From Lingula anatina (lineage: Eukaryota > Animalia > Brachiopoda), in contig CM120647.1 of NCBI GenBank assembly GCA_051362555.1, positions 6,138,001-6,202,000 on the forward strand: a DNA stretch of 64,000 nucleotides, written 5' to 3'. Under the pieces are notes generated by a model. That model had not been told where the DNA came from and searched no databases. It saw nothing but the letters and a program-made list of their open reading frames with translations. Each line of letters starts with the position of its first letter. Within the stretch, counting starts at the first letter, position 1. Of this stretch, positions 1-14,302 are shown one piece after another. Both the position numbers and the translations under genes were made by a program.

Positions 1-1300
1 AGGCTTGATTATAAATACCCCTTTGGGCTTAAAATCAAGAATTCAGACTAAGGCTATTTTGGACAGAAAATGGGTCTTAATCGTGTCAGCAGATGGCATC
101 CAAATTATGTTGTAAATATTGAATGGTTCATGTATTGGGACCGTTTTTGTGTCTAAAATGGCCCTAGTCGGAAGGCTGCTTTGTGTCCTGTGAAAACCAA
201 ACTCGCTAGAAACTAGTGCTGCTGAAAATAATGACAGATGGAGCCACCCCTCAAGAAACCCTGCAAAATCTGAACACAACATCCTTGTTCTTTGCTTATG
301 AAATGAAAAATACCTGCAGGTCATGGTTTATGGACACCAGCGAGTGTTACAATCTTTGATGTTGTTATTTTTGCAGTTTTTGGTGTTCATTTTTTATTAT
401 TGCTTATACTTTTCATTTTTCAAATGTTATAACTATCAGTGCTATTCAATTTATTTTTGTTTGTTTATTATTTAGTAATTTATTTTTCTAAAGCAGTTGA
501 ACAAATTCTGTTGTTATTTCACACCCTAAAGTGCAATCTCGCTCTTGCTTTTTCTTATCCGCCGTTTTATAATGAATATGTGTAGCTTTCTGTTATAAAT
601 TAATTTCTGTTAGCTTATTAAATTTTTTGATCAATACACATGTCTGCATCAAACAAATGCATCCAGGCCTTTGCTGCCATATTTTAATCAGGATTACTTT
701 GTTATGTAACTTGCAAATGAAAATCAAAGGTTTGAACAAAATTGTAAAAAAAAAAATTAAAAAAAAACTTAGATATAAAGAATCTGACCCATGTTTTTTT
801 AGCCACACTCTAAATGGAGGCTAAATATGGTTGAAAAAAAAAAAAAGAAATTAAGAGCTTGAAAATGATATTGTTCACCAATTTGGATAGGGTATATATA
901 TTCCATAAATAAGGGGAAATAACTGCAACTTAAAGAATTAAAAGAAAAATCGGAGGGTGGAGTGGTGTTGTTTTAAGGTTAAATGAGTGTTGTTAGTGCA
1001 ATTTTAGAGGTGTCAGGGAGGCAGCCTTAGATTTTTTACGAAAGTTTTATTCATTATTGACTTATATTTCCTTTTGTTTGCATAATTTTTATGAAGCTTG
1101 TATGTTTTTGACATGTGCACTTAGCAATTTTTAGAACTGTTACAGCGCCTTTGGCGACCCTAGAATGGAATTGGTCCCAACTGAACTATTGCTATTATGT
1201 TAATGCTTAAAAATACATTGAGAATGTGCTTATTTGTGCAGTGTTGTCATTGAAAAAGTTTGACATAGATTGTTAACGATAGAATACTGTCTCATTCCAG

Positions 1301-1381
1301 GCTATTTACATCTCTAGAATAACAGAAGGTGGCGCTGCTGACAGGGACGGGCAGTTGATGGTAGGGGACAGGATTCTCTCG
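1301..1381 (+). CDS. scrib: scrib exon, PDZ2 part (AIYISRITEGGAADRDGQLMVGDRILS)
   Basis: cattccag| ... |gtgagt, 81 nt, phase 0-0, PDZ GD(R)IL motif. Confidence 0.9.
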
Positions 1382-4300
1382 GTGAGTGGTATATTTTTTT
1401 CTAACCACAAGGTACTGAAGAGTTATGTGTTGAGACTTATTTGGGCATGAAGGAAGTTTTAATTTTTTTTTTTTTTTACAATTGAGTCTCATTGATGTTG
1501 CATCTCCCTCTCAGCAACTTCAGCAAATCCACTATTTAATTTTTTTTAAACTTTGGTTATGTCAAATGCTGCTGGATGACTAAGATATATACATGTAATA
1601 TCACTTCTTTAGGTATTTTTTACCTATAATTTGTACTGAATAAGATGATGCCTGCGTTGGTCAAGTTTTAGAACTGGTTTTTGAAAACCATTCCATCATT
1701 TCATTGTCATTTGAGAATGAGGCTATTGGTGTTTAAGTATTCTCGACCTTGAGACACTGAAATATTGCAGTGGTAAGAAGATTTATCAGTTGTTTGAAGA
1801 AACTATTATTGTATCTTTTAACAAAACGCAGGTGACAAAATTCTTTCTTGAAACAGTCTACTTTTTTATTACAGATCAACAATGTGGATGTGTCTGATGC
1901 CCGCCATGACCAGGTTGTATCCATGCTTACCACCATGCCCGATCACATCACCCTGGTGGTGTATAGAGAACAACTCATCGTCAAAGAACCAGACCTTGAG
2001 AAGTTCAAACGTGAACAACAGGAACAGAATAAAGTTGTCAATGCCGAACCACCTCTCACTCCACAGGAAGCAATTACAGTGCAGACGACAGTTGAAGCGA
2101 CTAATAAAATCTCACCGCCATCGCCGAATAGAGTGCAGCAGCCGCCATCGCCGGCTAAAGTTTCACCCACAGCGCCGAAAGTGCAGCCGCCATCTCCAGT
2201 TCATATCGCTCCACCAGTAGCACAGCCGAGACAAAAGAATTTTGCTTCAACGCCTGTTAGACCAGAATCACCACCGGCGCTGCAGGTGAATGTGGTCCAG
2301 ACTGTTAACGTGTCACCGGTGGCATCCCCCAAGTCTCCTTCAGCAGTTGTGAATCATGCGCCTTCAAAACGTCCAAATGAACTTGTGCCTTACTCTAGAG
2401 AGGTAGGAAGAACTACTCCTTCTGTTTTAAATTAATGACTTAATGTTTTTTCAAAGGTTTATATTTGTCCTTTAGTTTCTCATCTTCTTTAGACACTTAG
2501 TCGAAGATCTGAAGTTAATAGAATTTAACTTGACTCTTAAGGAGGATGAAGTGAATGGCTTTGAAAATAACATCAATTTTATTCTTGGAGAATTGGGTTG
2601 AATGAAACATAAATTTTGTTCTTAAAAAGTTAAGTTGAATGGTGCAGACTAAAAAGCATAAGAAAAAATAATTTGCCTAATTTTTTTAATATTTTATATT
2701 CAGGATGTACACATTCAGAAAGCAGGGGGTCCGTTAGGTCTCAGTATTGTCGGGGGCTCTGACCACTCTAGTCACCCCTTTGATGTGGAGAAACCAGGGG
2801 TCTTTGTTTCAAAGGTGAGAAAAATATGTTGATTTGATGCCTTTCTGTGCAAAAAATTTATGAATTAATTTGGCAAGTTTGTATCAGAGGTGAACAAAAA
2901 TTGATGTTAATGATGGGATAAAGATGATTTGATACGGCCTTGTATAATTAATTACGACCAAACTTGATTTGTGCGCACTGTTTCAGCCATTTCCATCACT
3001 GCTTTCATTTAAGTGCAGACCAGACTTAAACTGATACATCTATTTTTCTCGAAATGTACATCATGACAATCATATTGGTTCCAATGATTGGGATTACTTC
3101 TAAATTCACGATTTGTGTTGTTTATCTCAAATGATGTTGAGAGATGCTCAGTAGTTACTTGTAATATTTATGTGTGTGTTTCTGATGAAACAGGAAAAAA
3201 AAATAACTCAAACTATTCTTTCACACTTGCAGATTGTCCCTGAGGGTGCCGCAGCAAAAACAGGAAAGCTAAGAATAGGGGATCGCATTATAGCTGTAAG
3301 TTGGTTATTACCATGGTGAGGCTCTTTAGTGGAAAGTAACAATCACTTGCAGTATGTTGTGAAATAGGTTTTTCATTCCCTCTGGCTGAAATCAGAACAG
3401 TGGACCAACTAACCTGCGGTTCAAATCTGGTGACCCACTAAAAAGCTTGCTGTCTAATCCCCCAGTAGACACTGAATAGATTCAATGTGGGGAAGAATTC
3501 AAGAAGGTCGGCCATACTTGACCCTCAGACTAGTTAGTCCACTGTTCTGCATGCAGCTTCTGATGTAAAGATGGTCAAAAAAATATTTTGTTTCTGAAAA
3601 GATAAAATTCATCTTCCACCTTGAAAAAACCAACATTATTCAGGACATATGGCTATATTGTTAGCCTATTCTTGAACCAAGTACTCAGTTGATAATTTTT
3701 TAGAGATATTTTTCTCAGAGAGCCTATTTATTGTGAGTGTATATTTCAGGTGAATGGTAAAGACATACAGTCCGCCAGCCACCAGGAGGCAGTAATGAGC
3801 CTGATAGCGCCTGTACAAGAAATAGTTCTCACTGTGCAGCACGATCCTCCACCGCCTGGCCTACAGGTAATAGACTGATATATAGAATTTCGGGAGATGT
3901 TTTGGTTTTGATATGAAGTTATCAATTTTTTGTCTAAATTAAAAAATAATTTATAATCTACTGATCATTTTGAATGGATTTCAGACTTTAAAATAATTAC
4001 CATTGTTACTTGATATTGCTCCTTTAAGATATTATGTAATTATTTTTTATAATTTGATAAAATTTATTTCAATATTTACTTTTATTATCATTATTATTAT
4101 AATTTTAGGAACTCCATATAGACAAGGGTCCTGGTGAGAAGTTAGGAATGAGTATAAAAGGTGGCGCCAGGAGTCACCCTGGGAATCCACTTGACAAAAC
4201 GGACGAGGGAATATTTATTTCTAAGGTAAGGCAGCCATGGTGTGAATGGGATATATGGTAAACAGTATCAGCTGTTTTATTTTTGTTCATTGCCCAAATA

Positions 4301-4417
4301 AGAATTTAATCAACATTTGACATGTGAAATTAAAGAAATCCTTAGGATTGTAGTTTTCCCTTCACAAGAAAAAAATTGTAATGATTAAAAGTCTTTTTAA
4401 CTTTGACCGTAAGCCAT

Positions 4418-4464
<47 letters not shown>

Positions 4465-5661
4465 TTGCCAGATAAATAACAATGGTGCCATTGGAAGAGA
4501 TGGAAGGCTGAAGTTAGGACAGAGGTTACTGGAGGTAGGTGACCAGTGGTCAGTTATCATGGCTAGGCAAAAGGTTATCAAAAAGGAGGAAATAAATTTT
4601 AATAATGGAAGAGAAAATGGTAGTTGCACACTGTGCATAAGTGCCCCTTACTGGCACAGGGTTGAAAATTAGAACATAAATATAAGAACTTACTTTGACG
4701 TGACTAAACAAAAAAGTTGGTATCAGTAAAAGAATAAGTAAAAGAATAAGAGGCATATCTATAGACATCCATTTTGAAAAATGTATAGAATACACATTAT
4801 AGTGAAGAAAATGCAAACAATGCCTCTTTTGGTACATATTTGTTTTTTCGTAAGTTTAATATGTCAAAACTTCATGGTTACTACTGCCACCTATAGGTCA
4901 ATGGACAGAGTCTACTGGGAGTATCGCATGTGGAAGCCGTGCGTGCCTTACGTAGTGTTGGAGACCACCTGACAGTCCTAATTTGCGATGGTTACGATCC
5001 TGTGCTGGTAGAACAGATGATGCCTGCTGCCGGAATGACGCCAAACTCGCTCAGCAGTTCAGTTTCAAGTTTAGATAGAGATGATGAAGAAAGTGCTCTT
5101 ATAAGACAGGTAAGTGGGTCAAATGTTAAATACCAGGATGTTAGGGTCAAAGGTTAAAGGTTAAGTACCATGATGTTAGGCTCATAGGTTAAAGGGTAAA
5201 AGAGCAGGCAACTTAAGTATTGGGGTTTTAAAGACATTTTATAGCAACAAACTTTTTCATTGAACTGACTAGATTTTGAGCTGCAAATTTGGAGAAATTC
5301 AATTTAAACAGTAAAACTTGTTTGTCTACCTAACAATCATCTATCAAGTGTAGATATGAAAAATCAGTAGTGCTGTTTGTTTTTTCTTGTTCACTGTGTT
5401 TGCTGCCTTAAAGTTTATATGTTTTTGCCTAATATATATTTAGCGTTAATGAACCAGTGCTGTCACAGTGCTTTGTGGCTGGTATTGTTCTTCACTGCAG
5501 TATGGGATAGATTGCCTCTGATTGGTTCACTTTATCTTGTGTTGCATGAGTACAGTGTGTTTATTATCCTGTGCCCAAAGCATTGTTTGTAAATGGTGGT
5601 CTTTATTCGCTATCTCACCCTTGCACTGAATTCTACAAATGAAAAAAATTCCTTCTCACTT

Positions 5662-5736
<75 letters not shown>

Positions 5737-5762
5737 CTCCCTTTCTTGCTCACATGCTGTTG

Positions 5763-5840
<78 letters not shown>

Positions 5841-8787
5841 CACACACACACTTACAGAGGCACCTCCTTTGTGACCTGATGTTAAGAAAAAAGTGTCAAC
5901 ACCTCTGAACTTTGCCTCACTGTGAGCGTTGCTTTTCATTCGTGTTTGCTCCAAACAGGAACAGGAAGTTGTCAAGGAGACAGAAGAGTGGGAAAAGGAA
6001 GAATTGGACAAATTGGTAAAAGCAAAGAACTTTAAAGAAAAAAGAACTTTTTTCTTTCCATACAGCTTTTTCACCCCTTTGCTGCCTTTTTGTGTTGCTT
6101 TGAACATTTTCCTTATAACACGTTTAACTCTTGCTCTCGTCTTTTCCATTTGATAAAATTTGCCAACTAGACAAAGTTGTCAACAAAATTGTTCCAGTCT
6201 CATTTAGTATAGTCACTTTGTACCACCAGTGAAGTCTTGCAGTTTTTGGGTTTTATTCTCTGAACCATTACACTTTGTGATTCGATGAAATGAAATCTTC
6301 AACAAAAGTATTTTATTGTTATTTAGGAAAAGTGAATTTTACCACAGCAAATAGCTCAAAAGACCTACTCAAGGGGTTAACTCTGCTGTATTGGAGAACT
6401 CGGTTTTTGCCTTCTTGTTTACCGCAAATTATAACAAATTACAGATTTGCTGTTGGTCATTCAAAAAAATAAAATAAATAAAATTAAGTAATGATAATCT
6501 GTGTAACGTTAGACATCAATAATTTCAACCCAGCTGGTGGTATATATGAAGAAATTGCCCCCCCCCTCCCCTTTCTGATCCACTAGTTTTTCACTGGTAG
6601 TAATTGACTTCATAATGACCATGATTCTGTATAATATTTTCAGAAACTGAGGAAAAGAATTGCAATTTGCTTTCTGATTGTAGGATAGCCTGTGTGTCCC
6701 CTTAGTGTAGCTCCTTTGTGCTTCTGTGTGTGTTTTTTAGTAGGCTGTAGATTAGTTACTACTACATAGTTCTGTGTCTTTGTAATAGATGCCTAAATGC
6801 AAGTCGGCCCTTATTTGGGAATTAACATTAACATTGTACTTTACTAAGATGTTTAAGCCTCTGTTTAATATTTCCAAAAGATAGGTTTGAATATTTTTAA
6901 CGGTCTTTTAAAGGTCTAATCTGAGTTTTTGATCCTCTGAGGGATAATAACATTTGTATATATATTTTTGTAGCACAATATTATATATATTAACTGAAAT
7001 TTTTGGCTTCAGAAAAAAAAAATTTTTTTTAAAGTATTTATACAAAGCACAAAATTGTATTATATTAATAATTTGAAAAAATTTGATCAGTAGATTTGAT
7101 AAAAATCATGATATTCTGATTAAAAAAAGACCAGTTTTGTAACAGGTAATAGAACAGAAAAAAATGTCAAAAAATATTGTAATAAGCAGTGTACTTTTTA
7201 TGTAGTGAAAAGAGGAATAGGTTTTAACTGAAGAAATCCATTGAAGTTCAACTTTTTGGAAGTGGCAAAATGATTTCTTTCTGGTTGAGGTACAGGTTAA
7301 CCAGTTCATCAGTTACAAAAACTAAAATTTTCAACTTAATTTTCATTTCAGGAGAGGATGAGGAGAGAAAGAGAAGAACAGACACGGCGCATGGAGAAAG
7401 AAACGAAAGCCACATCACCACGATCGACATCCACCAGTGGTATCCCACAGTTCAGACCCGCACTCAAAGTACACGAACAGTCCAAATCCCCTTCACCACC
7501 AGAGCGCAGCACCTCCCTCTCTTCCACAGGGATACCCAAGCTGGTGTCGCCACCTGGTGATACATCAGCACAAGGTCAAAGGTCAGGTCTTCCAAGGCCT
7601 GCTGTGGTGAGTCCATCTCAGAATGTTGGGGCACCACAAAAGACTAATATTCCGAAGCCACAGGAATATGGAGGCGGAAGGCAGCCGACATCTGCTGCAA
7701 ACCAGGGACCAATAGAAATTGTGTTCAGTGGGAAGTCTAGTATTCCAAGATTAAGTGCTGGCGGATCGCTGCCATCACGACCGCAAGGTCAAAGCTCAGT
7801 TGAGGTGGTCACGATTCCAACACCAAAGACTTCTGGGATTGCGACACCTGTAAGTGCTGCTTCTTCAGTGCCCACAAGCAATGTGACTGTTACGACGTCT
7901 ACCACGACGTCATTTTCTACCAGGCCCCCAACAGCGGTAAAACCTCCTGTGTTTCGCAAGCCAGAAGTTGGCGCAAAACCAGTTGTGCATCAGAAACCCT
8001 CCGTGCCAAAAGTCGTTGCTAAGGTGCCGGCATCAAATGCGACCAATGATCGATGGGGAGACATCAAATTCGCTGAGGAGGATGACGAGGATGAGGATCG
8101 TAAAATGGTGATATCAGCACCAGTGGTGCCACAGCAGACACAAAATTCCTTTGCCACGGTAACGGTGTCTTCTCCAGGTGCCACATCCCCTAAGGTAAGA
8201 CTGAAATGAGGGTGTCTTGTATTAAACTCCATCTTTAGTTGAGTTTCTATGAGTTATGTTAGATTGGCTTGTTTTCAACGCCATCCATCTTTTGATTCTT
8301 CTAAATGATGTTTGAATATAGGAGAACACAGAAACAAACGTTTTTTTGAAATTGATGAACTGCCTGGTGTATTAACCTTTTTGTGTGAATTTTATTTTAT
8401 GTGAAAAATGGAAAATTTTGTAGAAATTTATTTGTTATGCTGCTTTTGTCAGTAGATCATGAATATTTTGTTCCTTTGTCTTCTGGTCTTCTGGAAGTTG
8501 TCTTCTGGTTTTATTATTTTATGAAAAACCTTACATTAGAATTAGTACTTGAAAATTATATTTTTGTCCACTCGTCTGTCTGTCTTTCATTTTCCAGATT
8601 TGTAACATACTTTTTTAAAGCATGACAACATTGTGGTATTTAACCACCCAAAACAGCATGTTTTTACCCATATTATATACCCTGTACCCTTCAAACAACT
8701 AAATGTTTTAGACTTTCTACACTTTTAGCAAAAAAGGTCAAATATATACCAGGCAGTACAGTAGTTGCCTAATTATCTGAACAACAC

Positions 8788-8818
<31 letters not shown>

Positions 8819-11800
8819 AAAAAAATTGGATTTCAAAATGTGGATTCAAGAGTTTTGAAAAACTACCTAGCTCTGCATAAGAAAGTGCCTTACCTGGTTG
8901 TAAGAGCTGAAAATGAGCAATGTTTTTTTGTTTCTTTTTTAATTATTATTTAAAAGTGAGGCCTTTGAAATTTTTATTGTAGTAATAACTGTAGCGATAT
9001 TTTCCAAATTATATTTCAAACATTGAGTATCCTTTTAGAGAATCCTTGTTTCTGTTTGTAGATAGTGTGTGGCAAAATCTGTTTTATGCTTGTGTCCTAA
9101 GTAAACCTAGTAGATGTAGTTATTGTAGTTCATTTTCATTTTGTGTGAATTTTCACTTCATTTTGCTTTACAGAGTAGAATCCCCTCTCTGAGTTCATTT
9201 CAACCTATTTCGCCTAAATCACCAACAGCTCCACCTGTTGGGCAACAGACAGGACTGCCATCATCGGTTCAAAACTCAAACAACAACAATTTGGCCACCC
9301 CAACAAAGATAGCGCCACCTAGGGGTGCATTTGTGGCCAACCGTGCCTCTCCATCAGCTCCGTCTCAAATTCCAGCGCCTAGGTCTCAAATTGCGCCACG
9401 ATTTACGAGACCGAGGCCTTTTCAACCTCCTCCCACAGCCCCAAAGGTAGAAAACAATATGGAAGCCAAAACCAAAATGGCTGCACTTTTTAGTTGGGAG
9501 TAGATAGGGCTTTATGATTAACACAAACCTTGGGATATTGGGACAATTATTATAGCTATTTAGCTTCTTAACCTTAGTGCTTTCAGTTGAGCTTCATCTT
9601 AAAAGCCCCTCCCCCTATCTGAAACTCCTTGACTTAAGGATTCCTTCTTTTAAATGGGATATATAAGCCTGCACTCTGAAATATTAATATGTCCTGATAC
9701 AAATTTTTTTTTTTTGTCTTTTTTTATTTATAAATTTTATATATTTTATCAAAGTTGCAGCATTTCTTTTATACAAGGCCCTCCTTTCTTTCTATTTCTA
9801 TGCTCTCCCTACCCTAGATATGCCTAATATATGCCTAATATAATTTATTATTGCCTATGTCTTATAATAATGGCTGTTCTCTTAGTCAGATAATAATAAA
9901 TGACGCTATATTGAATAGGCCTTCTTATGTACATATACATACACATAAGCTGCAGGTGATAGACTGACAAGCTAGCCAGTGCTAGTGTTCATCAATGCTT
10001 AACAGTGGCAAGACCTTAAACACGTCATGACCTAGACTGGAAATGTGGCATTTCTCTTTCATCTTGGCCTTGGCAAAATCCTTACATTAGGAGGTTTTTA
10101 ATCTCCTGGTGAACCAACTAATAATTGCAGGGCTGAGTATTAAAAGAAGAAATTGCTCACAATGGCTTACAAATGACCTAATTGGTGTGGTGAAAGGATG
10201 GTTGCTACGGTTATAACTGAAATAGACAAGTATTGTGTGTAATACATGTGTAATAATAATAATGACAGATTAATGAAGAAAAAGGGAAAATCCTAAAATG
10301 TATATTTTTCTGTTTCAAACTTGCTTTATATAGTTGGGATGGTAGTAATTGGAAGTGGGGTCCAACTTACACAATTTAACTCAAAATGTCTTACATACAT
10401 AATATAACAGGGTCAAGTAGTGACCTCACTAATCAGTTTATTTATAGGTTAGTGTTGGCAGAAGTTTAACCAATGAGCTTCATGCTTACATGTTGCCTTG
10501 CAGTATCAGGCTTTTGATTTAAATTTATAATGAACACCATACAAATCTAGCTTATGCACCCTTAAAAATGCAAAGCAAATAAATTATTTTAAAATGTAGC
10601 ATATTATCAGTTTTTGAAATTTCTTGAAAATGTTGATTTAGTCATCAGCAAAGTAGTAAGCCAATATGCATCTGTAAATTTTTTGCAGTATAAGTTTTAT
10701 TATAAAATCAAAAGAAGAAAATAAATGATAGCATTGAATTAATGAACTTCATAAGTCGAATTCACAAGAAAATTTTACGGATAATATGTTATATTTTCAG
10801 AGTAAGATACCAACCTTTGCCAGTAAGGGAGAACTTCAACAAACAAGCAATAAGGCAACAACAGTAACTACGACGGCCAGTACCATTGGGTCAACCTCAA
10901 CTTTCTTGTCCTATCAAGGAAGGCCGCCGCGCACAGCATACACGGGCATCCCAACGCGATCGTCATACCAACAGTCAACAACTGTCGAAACCTCAGCAGT
11001 AAAAGCAGACAAACCTGCTGTGGTGAGTAACTCTTGAAATATCCAGGTCGACATGACCTAGTTACTGAGTTGCTTATCTAGCTCATTGTGACCTCATTTT
11101 GAATCACTTATGTAGGTCATTCTGACCCAGTTTCTGCTTATCTCACCATTCATGAATCAGAAATACAGGAAATACCCACTGCATTGCTGCTTATCTAGAT
11201 CAGGGAGGCCCATTTTATTGTGTTCTTTAGTTCAGGATGAACAAACTATTGAACTTATTGCCCTGGCCTATGTTCTTAATGACCTTGTTACTGCTGAGGT
11301 GACCTAGTTTTGGTTGACCTAGTTATTGCTTATGTGACCTAGTTTTTGGTGAACAAGTTATTGCTGAGTTGCTTGCCATGTTTTTTTCGTACTAGGACTA
11401 TTTGAAATTGTGTGTTGATGATTACAAAAGTGAAATATTATAAACTATGTCACTCTGCTGCTACCACAAAAATGAGAGCTGGTTGGGTCTTTTTTATTTT
11501 CAAGGACAGAATATGGTTTGAAATTGCCTTATTACGAGAGAACACGATATTCATAAGCCCTTCAATGGTTTCTTTAAACAAATTAAATTGCCTTTATTCG
11601 AGACAACTTATTGTCCATAAAACCCTTATTGTCCATAAAGAGATCTTCGCATGATACCGATTGGATTTTTTTTTCTTTTTTTTTTTTTTTTCACAATGAC
11701 GGAAGGGTAGTAATACTTGTTTTTTAGATAAAAGAAGTTTTCTCTTTTGGGTTATTTAATTTAAATGAAAGTATTTTTGTACTGTATGTAAAAAAGTTTT

Positions 11801-14256
11801 TTCAAACAGTTTTTTTAGAAAACGAAATAAAAGTTGAGCACTTTAATGCTTAGTTTTGCCACTTGCGCTTCTTAGCTCACAGATATTTAAAATAGTGATC
11901 ACACTTTATTTAAAAGAATTTATTTTAACTATTATATATATATATATATTGTCCCTCGTATTTTTTAAATAGTTTTATATGGTTTTAATTAATTTGAACC
12001 TTTCAGAGTTGACACTGTATGATGGGCTGTTTTTACGAGTTGTGAAGTTTATTTCCTTTACGTTATATAATATCTCCGACTATGCTCCTAAATGATTAGA
12101 TTTATTTTACAACAAGACAAAATACTTATTATTATAATTATTATTATTATACATTTATATATGCTGACATTTAAAGAAAATCAGTTTTATTGATTTTATG
12201 CATACAGTGCAGTTCTGAGATTAGAAAGAAAAATATGTGGAAAAAGATTCTCACAAAATTTTAACTAAGTTAGGCATATTGGTCAAATGGTTATTGTAGT
12301 AACCTATGCTTAAAGAAAAATCAGTTTTAACAAAATATGTCAGTTTAATATTTTAGTACTAAACAAGATGTTTTACCTTTTTTTTTTTACTTAGAACTTT
12401 TTTAAAGGAACATATCTTAAGGAAATTGATATTGAATTAATCTCATCTTTTCTCAAATCTGCGCTGTATTTCTCCTGCAATGTGAATTTATGCTTTTGTA
12501 TGTCTGTTGTTTGTGCTTTGTAACCTTCTCAAACTTGTATATAAGTTATTTACATATGACTGGAGGGTCATTCTGTTACTGAAGTAGAAATTGAAGATTG
12601 ACTGTAAATGACGCAACTGAAAATGACTGCACGGATGTGAATATGGTATAATTTCACTTTCACTTTGTACTTAAATATGCATACGTTTTAAGAACTTTCT
12701 CGTCTGCACATTGTTTTGTCAGTAACTGTTGTTTTTGTAAAGTAACCTCTGTCCATCTTTTAAACTCTTTCATTTAAAAATATATACATAATTCTGTAAT
12801 AGGTGAAATTGGCACGAAAAAATCTGGCATTAAATAGGTCAATATTACCTTTTTAATAAATAGGTCAGTGTGACCCATTTATGTTGTACATATAGAACTA
12901 GGTCAAGGGAATTTTTTCACGTTAAAGGATTAGATAGAATCATTGTGGTTGAGATTGCGCCCTCTCAGCCATTTTTATGGGTATGGCAGCATATGTATAG
13001 TGTATTCAGTAGTACTAGAATAGAATTCTGGTGACCTTTTTGTGCAATTAATAGCAGGATCTCTCACCATATAGATCATATTGAACACCTTAATGTCCTT
13101 AACAAGAAAATATTGATATCCATATGGTATTCCAGTTGGACACTCACTGATGTCAGTATTTATTATTTCAAAATTGAACATATTGAAAATCAGTGTAGAC
13201 TTGAAATTGAACAAATTCATGAATAAAATTATATAATGTATGTGACAGTCATTAATTCAATTTTGTAATGAAAAATTTATGGTCAATATTTAAAGTCCAT
13301 TTGAAATATGTAAGTGGTTATTATTGCTTTCCATATGGTCCAATATTATTCACTGTTGATGTTTATGTAAAGCCTGGCTACAAGCTAAAAAAAAAAGGGA
13401 TGTAATATCAAAATGAAACTCTTTTTAGCAGTAAGGGCATTGTAAAATAGGTGATAATTTTAATTGACCAATGTGTATATCTAAACTACTGCAGATGTAT
13501 GTTGCGCTGTATTTAATAAACTTAACAAACATTTCAAATATCCATAAAGACATGGAATTATTTATACATACAAGCATTCAGGTGAAAAAATTTGTTTTTA
13601 AGTGAAGAATTTGAATACTAAGCAGATAAACCAATGAAATGAAGTGGACTTCTTTTGTTTCAGAACATTGATGTACTGTATATTTATAATTTTTCTAAGT
13701 CAACTTTTACTATAGAAAATTTGACATTCAAGCCATATTTGTTCTGTTGATTAAAGGTTCATATTTTAACAAACACCCAGATTTTAACAGCAAGGTTTTA
13801 CATGTGATTTATTAAAAAAAATTAGTGATTTTAAAGATCATTTATTGATTAGCATGTTAAGCGAACAAATTGTTGAAAACATTTCTTATCAAACTCTATG
13901 TAAAATATGATGTACAAAGTTATAATTCCAGTAAAATAACTGATCCTTTGGGAGAACCAGAAACGTGTTTATTGTCACTTTTAAAGGATGAATTAATATT
14001 TTGAATAAGTAAATCAGTAAATGTGGAACCAAATTTGTAGGGTACATGTACGACACGAAGATAACAGTGGCAAATCTTTATGTAATTTGTGATTTGAGAA
14101 AAGGATATACTTTTTGCTTGAAAGAAAAACAAGAAATATATTTTTAAAATGAAATGAATCTATCTATCTATTTACAGGGATAACAACTCTTCATTTTGGC
14201 AAGAAAAGTGACATAAAGTAGTATTTTTGGAGCAAATGGCAATTCTCATACTGACC

Positions 14257-14302
<46 letters not shown>

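Noticed and set aside
5593-6149. ORFs with HTHT/SLSL/CVCV runs (also at 46908-47337 and 60711-61009)
   Set aside because: Microsatellite translations.
11023-13230. UTR-like intron suggesting a short scrib isoform ending VSNS* at 11037
   Set aside because: AT-richness and AATAAA are common in these introns and the donor gtgagt is strong; no sequence-only support.
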